A stretch of 64,000 nucleotides of DNA from Octopus vulgaris (lineage: Eukaryota): contig OX597818.1 of assembly GCA_951406725.2 (NCBI GenBank), positions 19,220,001-19,284,000 on the forward strand, written 5' to 3'. The position numbers and the translations under genes are program-made. This document shows, piece by piece, positions 57,868 through 64,000 of the stretch. The notes under the pieces were generated by a model. That model was not told where the DNA came from, did not search any database, and worked only from the letters and a program-made list of their open reading frames with translations. The first letter of the stretch is position 1. The number at the start of each line of letters is the position of its first letter.

Positions 57868-58092
57868 AATATACAGTATTTAACCAGAAACTCTTGAAGA
57901 GCTTACAGATATACACATATTTTACTGTATAAAATTCCCCCTATATATTTGGTGTTTTTGAGCCAATAAACAGCTTGCTAATTTGGTCAGCTATAGCCTT
58001 CAGAATGGCCAAGTTTGCTTTTATCTAAAACATCATTAACTTTTGAAAAAGTCACAAATAACAACTCATTAAGTAATTGGTAAGCTCTGAAC

Positions 58093-58355
58093 TAGTGGTC
58101 CCAAACTGATGTCCATATGGCTCTTGGGGGTTCATATGTCCCTTGGGGGTTCATAAAAGATTTTGTAGTTAAATGTATCTACAATAAAATCAGTTATATT
58201 TCTACTATACATAAAATATCTTTACAATTTTTTTTATACAATTCCTAATAATATTTGATTATAAAAATATAATGGGATTTTTTAAAACATCGGATGGCTA
58301 TGAGGATCCACTGGAGTAAAGGTAACTACGGGTAAAAATTGGTTGAGAACCTCTG
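58093..58355. mobile_element. Charlie/hAT MITE
   Basis: TAGTGGTCCCAAAC ... GGTTGAGAACCTCTG; 8-bp TSD CTCTGAAC/CTCTAAAC fits the Charlie NTCTARAN preference. Confidence 0.7.
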
Positions 58356-59334
58356 CTCTAAACGAGTGGAGCTCGCTTTCCGATTTCACTTTCGGCCATA
58401 GCACATCACCTAAGTAACTGTTATCATTGGTAAAATTATGGTTTTTCAAACAATATCACGTTGTATCGTCAACAAATTATTGCCTTTTGACTAAGCAGGA
58501 AATATTTATTACAGGATTCAATTTCCTCCACTTATTTATTATATCTTCATTTCTATATCATAATTGATAAATAATTAAATTGCTGAGTAGAAGTTTCCAA
58601 TGGAGAAATCATCAGATCAATGAATTTGTAACGGTACAAGCGACAAGGGTGTGGCGTAACTCGGAGCAGAACAAATAACATTAAGGTCTTCGTTCGGCGT
58701 ACACCGGTAAAATTTCCAGGTCTTTACATTCTGAATTTAAATTTCTCCTAGATCAACTTCACTTTTCTTTCCTTGGGGTTGATAAATAAAGTACTGGTCG
58801 AGTACTGGAGGCGATGGTATTGAATAACTCCCCCCTTTGAAAATTGCTCACCTTGTGCCAAAATTACAAATATTTATTGTATTAATATATTCAGTATTCG
58901 ATTCCTCATTGGCACTAAGAAAGAAAAGCCATAAATATTATTTCGTAATATAATTAATTTTGTTACCTTGTGCCAATATTAGAAATCCTTATATTAATTA
59001 GAATTCTTTAAAAATTAGCAAAATAACGGAGAGATCTGTAAGATATTTTAAAAATAGATTTTATAATATTTAATCAAAAAATGCTTTTAAATTTTCAGAG
59101 ATGCAGTTTGTAGCATGTCTACTAGTTCCATCGTTAAATATCGCAGGCTAATCCCACAAAACACGCTAGACATTCAAAGAATTTAAATGAATGACTTGAA
59201 TGAGTGAATGGATAATGTAGCTGCAACACATATTTTTAGTTTATCGTTTAGTTCAGAAGAGTTACTTCCCTTAGAAAACAACTCGATTTCCACCTTTTCA
59301 TTTATCATTTTCGTCATGAAATAATTTATACATC

Positions 59335-59571
59335 CTTTATCGTTTATTTGTTTCAGTCACTGAAGTGTGGCCATGTTACAGCAGTGCTTGGTCAAACAAA
59401 TCGACTCCAGTAATCATTTTAAGTCTGATGTTTATTCGATCGATTTTTTCATAATCTTTACTGAGTCGTTAAGTGACAGGGTCGTAAACAAACCAACACT
59501 GGTTGTCAATAGGTGGCGAAGGATTAACACAAAAGTACACACATACATGCATAAACACACATACAAACACG

Positions 59572-59633
<62 letters not shown>

Positions 59634-59759
59634 GGTTTCAACAGTTTCCACCTGCCAAATTCATTCCAAAGACATTAGTAGACCCAAAGTGACGCGCAGT
59701 GTGATTGAACTCAGAATCACGCACTCACAAAATGATCACGTTTTTCACACGGCCATCCT

Positions 59760-59760
<1 letters not shown>
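59335..59760 (-). mobile_element. SINE family A, old copy
   Basis: Degenerate tail and body. Confidence 0.6.
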
Positions 59761-59804
<44 letters not shown>

Positions 59805-59805
<1 letters not shown>

Positions 59806-59917
59806 CAAAATAAGCAACAAGAATGACTCCGGTAATTTGGTACGATCGTTTCGTACTACATCATTTTATTAAATGTTGTAAGTATTACAACAGTTTTAAA
59901 ATGCTGAGCACTCATCA
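59805..59917 (-). mobile_element. Homolog of the 12930-13050 HHR element, truncated at the HHR core
   Basis: Aligns with 12932-13048; minus strand TGATGA...GAAACGATCGTA, with stem I 5' strand replaced by (TA)n. Confidence 0.7.
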
Positions 59918-60351
59918 TATATATATATATATTATTATATGTTCAAGGACTAAAATATAAGGGAGGTGACTAGTCGATGTAATCGACCCCAATGTGTAAT
60001 TAGTACTTATTTTATCGACCCCGAAATTATGAAAGACAAGGTCGATCTCGATGGAATTTGAACTCAGAATGTAACAATGGACAAAATGCCGGCGTGCTTA
60101 CGATTCCGCCAGAAGGAGTCATGTTAATCAAATTTAAATCGTTGTAGTGATTATTTCATTGATTCTTTGCGTGAACATCTTAACTTCCATTTTCCTAGTT
60201 CCTGAAATCATTAAGACTGATTGATGATTACATATCGAATTTTCTCAGTCTGAATTAAGTGGGGTTGACAACCTATCTGACGGAACATTTCTTTCCTCTC
60301 AAACTGGATTTAATAAGGCTAATTACTTATTCAATGATATTCATAAAAGGC

Positions 60352-60384
<33 letters not shown>

Positions 60385-60388
<4 letters not shown>

Positions 60389-61256
60389 CAATAAGTATCC
60401 GGACTGTTGCCATAGTAACGAAGCTAAAACACGCAGAGTCAAGCCACGAGGCAAAGATTGACCTCGAACTCTGCTGTGTATGCACACTAAGTTTTAACGT
60501 TCTAGCTCACTTCCACTCTTTACAGCAGTGCTTTGAAGGAAGCTGTGTTGCGTGTGATCGTCGCATTGACCCTGACAGAGAAAGTTGTCATGGCGATACC
60601 TACTCAGAGGCAAGGTTGCAGAAAGTGTATGGAGAAGAATGTATGAGCTGCACACAAGTGTATAAGTGATTCAGACGTTTCCAAGATGGCAGAAAAAAAT
60701 GTCGATATTGTCGAACGTTCTGGGAGACCCGCAACCAGCAGAACTGAGAAAAACATGTGCGTGCAACGTAGATGTGCGTGCAGCTGTTAGGGGAAATCGT
60801 CGAATCACCATCCGTTAGTTATCAGCGGATGAACAGATTAGTTACGGTTCATTATCACTGAAGATTTGGCTATGAGACACGTGTCTGCCATGTTTGCGCT
60901 AAAACTGCTTTCAGCTGACCAAAAAGGCATTTGGGTTTCAGTTGCACAAAATCTCCTTCATTGTGTCGAGAACGATGAAAACTTTGTGTGGGCCTCCGAG
61001 CAGGTATCGCCAAGCTTTCGGCAAAATTTGATGTAGATTCTCTTCTCAGCTTTCTTTCTCATAGTCAATGCGACGATCACATGCTACTCACGTTCCTTCC
61101 AAGCACTACTGTAAACAGCGGAAGTGAGCTAGAACCTTAAAACTTCGTGCGCATGCACAGCAGGGTTTCACATCAATGTGTGCCAAGCGGCTTCACTCTG
61201 CGTATTTTAGCTTCGCTACTATGGCAACAGTCCGGATATTTATTGATCAGACCACG
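60385..61256 (+). mobile_element. Mariner derivative whose right end is an inverted copy of its 5' region (~200-250-bp IRs)
   Basis: 60385-60600 is inverted relative to 61000-61250; internal ERSGRP..., RHVSAMFALKLLSADQK. Confidence 0.85.
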
Positions 61257-61566
61257 TATATAAGGCAATCAGGTAGAATGCGTGTTTATGTGTGTGTATT
61301 TGGAAGAATGTGTATATGTGTGTATGTAGTTTCAGAAATATCCCACTAATTAGCGGTGAAGCTTATAATCACATTGTCAGGTTTTAAGTTACTGGCAAAT
61401 GGTGGTTCCAGATAGAGCCTGCCAATATCGCAAATATGTTATAAGCTCGTGTGTCATGTAAGCCATCAAATCAAATAGAATAATAAATATTTTCTGTATA
61501 TATATAAATATACATATATATATAATACTTATTTATTGGGGATTATCATTCCAGGGAAAACATCCT

Positions 61567-61772
61567 TTTCTTTTCTACTCTAGACACAAGGTCCGAAATT
61601 TTGGGGAGGGAGTCAGTCGATTAGATCGACCCCAGTACGTAATTATTTTAATTTATCGACCCCGAAAGGATGAAAGGCAAAGTCAACCACGGTGGAATTT
61701 GAACCCAGAACGTTAAAACAAAGTACCGCTAAGCATTTCACCCGGTGTGCTAACGTTTCTGCCAGCTCGCCT
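61567..61772 (-). mobile_element. SINE family B
   Basis: Reverse complement of head, core and tail. Confidence 0.8.
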
Positions 61773-62152
61773 TCTGTAACTACACCAAGCTAGCAATATT
61801 GTTTAGACTAGTAAAGAATTTCACGTTCTTGCAAGGCCCTAGGTTATAGTTCAATATTGTTCTATATCGTAAATTCGTGGTGGTGCTCCATTTATATTCA
61901 CGAAAAAATTCTTTAAAATTCATGTATATTTAAAATCGTTAATATGGTAATTTTTGACACAATTTAAACTTATATTACATCTACGCCAATTATTTTAAGA
62001 AGACATAATGCCACTGCAATCTTAAGACACGAGCATACTGGGCGGTGGTCCAAGACACTTACGGATTTTGGAATAAAGAATCACCAAGACACTTACGGAT
62101 TTTGGGGAACTATGATAAGCTATATACTTTTGTGGTTTGCTTTCAATAAAAA

Positions 62153-63408
62153 TTAGGTCAACCCATAAAGAATGTGTTTTTTATACTTCTTTTATTTTTA
62201 AAAATTAAGGTAAACAAAGTTCTTTATTAATCTAAAATATACTCTTCTTCATTTTCTACAACGTTCTTCCATCTATCTTGCTAACTTGCAAGGTCTCTCT
62301 TCCAAAATTCACTTGTCCGTGACAAAAAATATTCCTCCAGTACTGTTCTGACCTCGTCTACAGAATTCATTTTTTTCCGTCCAAATGTTTGAAGACTGCT
62401 GAATAAATAATAATCAGACGGGGCAGTGTCCAGCAAATATTGTGGATGGAACATCGTTTCCCATTCAAACTGCTCCAGCCTTTCGAATGTCATCCTCACT
62501 GCATGTGGTTGAACATTATCCTGATGGAAGTACAGCTTTCGTATTGAAACCAAAGATGGTCGGTTTTCTTTTTAGCGCTGACTTAAGCCGCTCAAGCTGC
62601 TCGCGGTAGATCTCCTTTGTTATCATTTAGTTTGGGTTTTAAAGTTCAAAGTGGACTATCCCACCAAACACATAACAACATCTTACATGGGTGAAGACCT
62701 TCTTTAGCCTGGGGTGCCGGTGTTTCTCCTTTCCCTACCCACTGTCATCGGCGCTTAACGTTTTTATAGAGAACCCATCACTCGTCACCAGTCACTATTC
62801 GGTCCAAAAAAGGTTCATTCGGGAGACGTAATAGCAAAGAAGAGCACAACATTCACTCTCTGCGATTAGACTCGGAAAGTTTGTGAATAACCCACTGATC
62901 CAATTTGCTGACTTTTCCGATGGCATGCAGGTATGGATGAATGGTTGAATGACCAAATCCAAGCTTCTCTGCTTGGTCCTCAGCACTTACGATGGGATTT
63001 TGTTCCACCAGGCTTTGCAGGACATCCTCATCGAGTTCTACAGATCTTCCAGGACGAGGTTCGTTTTCTAGGCAGTAGTTTCCGGCTCAGAATTTCTGGA
63101 ACCACCATTGACACTGGCTTATGCTTATTGTCCCATCTTCATATACTGCATTAATATTCTTCGCACTTTCCGTTGCGTTGTTGCTTTTGTTGAACTCATA
63201 AAGCAAAATATGCCGAATATACCCTTTATCACTTCCATTATAGCTTTGAAAAAATAACTGCACCCTTCAGAACTGGCACTAAGAGTAAGTACAAGGTAAA
63301 ATTACTGCCTGCTTTTATAGCAAGTTGATGCAAGTATTTTATCCCGTTCCCCTCCGACTTTTAGTTCATGCAACTGAAAAAAATCGCATTATTTATGGTA
63401 TGACCTAA
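62153..63408 (-). mobile_element. Mariner, second copy of the 52627 family
   Basis: Imperfect TIRs TTAGGTCA..CCATAAA; colinear with 52627-53865. Confidence 0.9.
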
Positions 63409-63427
63409 TATATACCATAAGCCCCAG

Positions 63428-63510
63428 AACATACATACATACATAGATACATACATACATAGATACATACATACATAGATACATACATACATACATAGAT
63501 ACATACATAC

Positions 63511-63541
<31 letters not shown>

Positions 63542-63712
63542 TGTATGTATGTGTGTCTTTATATATGCATGCTTACGTACACATACATACGTACATGCAT
63601 ACATACATACATACATACATACATACATACATACATACATACATACATACATACATACATGCATACATACATACATACATACATACATACATACATACAT
63701 ACATACATACAT
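63428..63712. repeat. (ACAT)n/(ATGT)n microsatellite
   Basis: Direct inspection. Confidence 0.9.
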
Positions 63713-64000
63713 AATTTGCGAATTAATAGAGCTATTTAATTCGATAGCAATATCACACAAAGATGTCTCCTGGGAGTAAAGTATTTATATTCGTAAAGTC
63801 GGTTTTAATCATGGCGTATTCGACACGTGAAACTTATTTAATCTAATTCTTCCCATCGACCGTGATTTTGTTGACAATTCAAGATAAAGTTCACTTGTGG
63901 TGTAGCTCCAGGGTTAGTGTTTGATTTGAGTATAAGCCAAAGAAACTACAGCTTAAGGTCTCATAGTATGCAGATGATTCTAGATAACTAATACGCATAG

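Overview
AT-rich eukaryotic (animal) DNA made almost entirely of microsatellites and transposable elements. The repeat repertoire (huge (TA)n/(CA)n/(ATGT)n arrays, tRNA-derived SINEs, CR1, RTE, R4/Dong, CRE and Penelope retroelements, mariners, hAT MITEs, Helitrons) strongly suggests an octopus-type cephalopod genome; this is an inference from recognition. No host protein-coding exon was recognised, and most listed ORFs are translations of microsatellites. Highlights: (1) about ten type I hammerhead-ribozyme (HHR) motifs in several unrelated short Penelope-pLTR-like elements, mostly beside (TA)n, three of them folded back into palindromes with the HHR next to the symmetry axis; (2) a U6 snRNA copy fused at its mature 3' U-tract to the 3' tail shared by the CR1-like LINE and the dominant SINE; (3) that shared LINE/SINE tail, a stem-loop with compensatory changes; (4) CR1-like copies always embedded in (TA)n, two of them mosaic relative to each other; (5) an RTE LINE ending in three C2H2 fingers. 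All alignments and folds were done by eye; element boundaries are approximate unless TIRs or TSDs are quoted.
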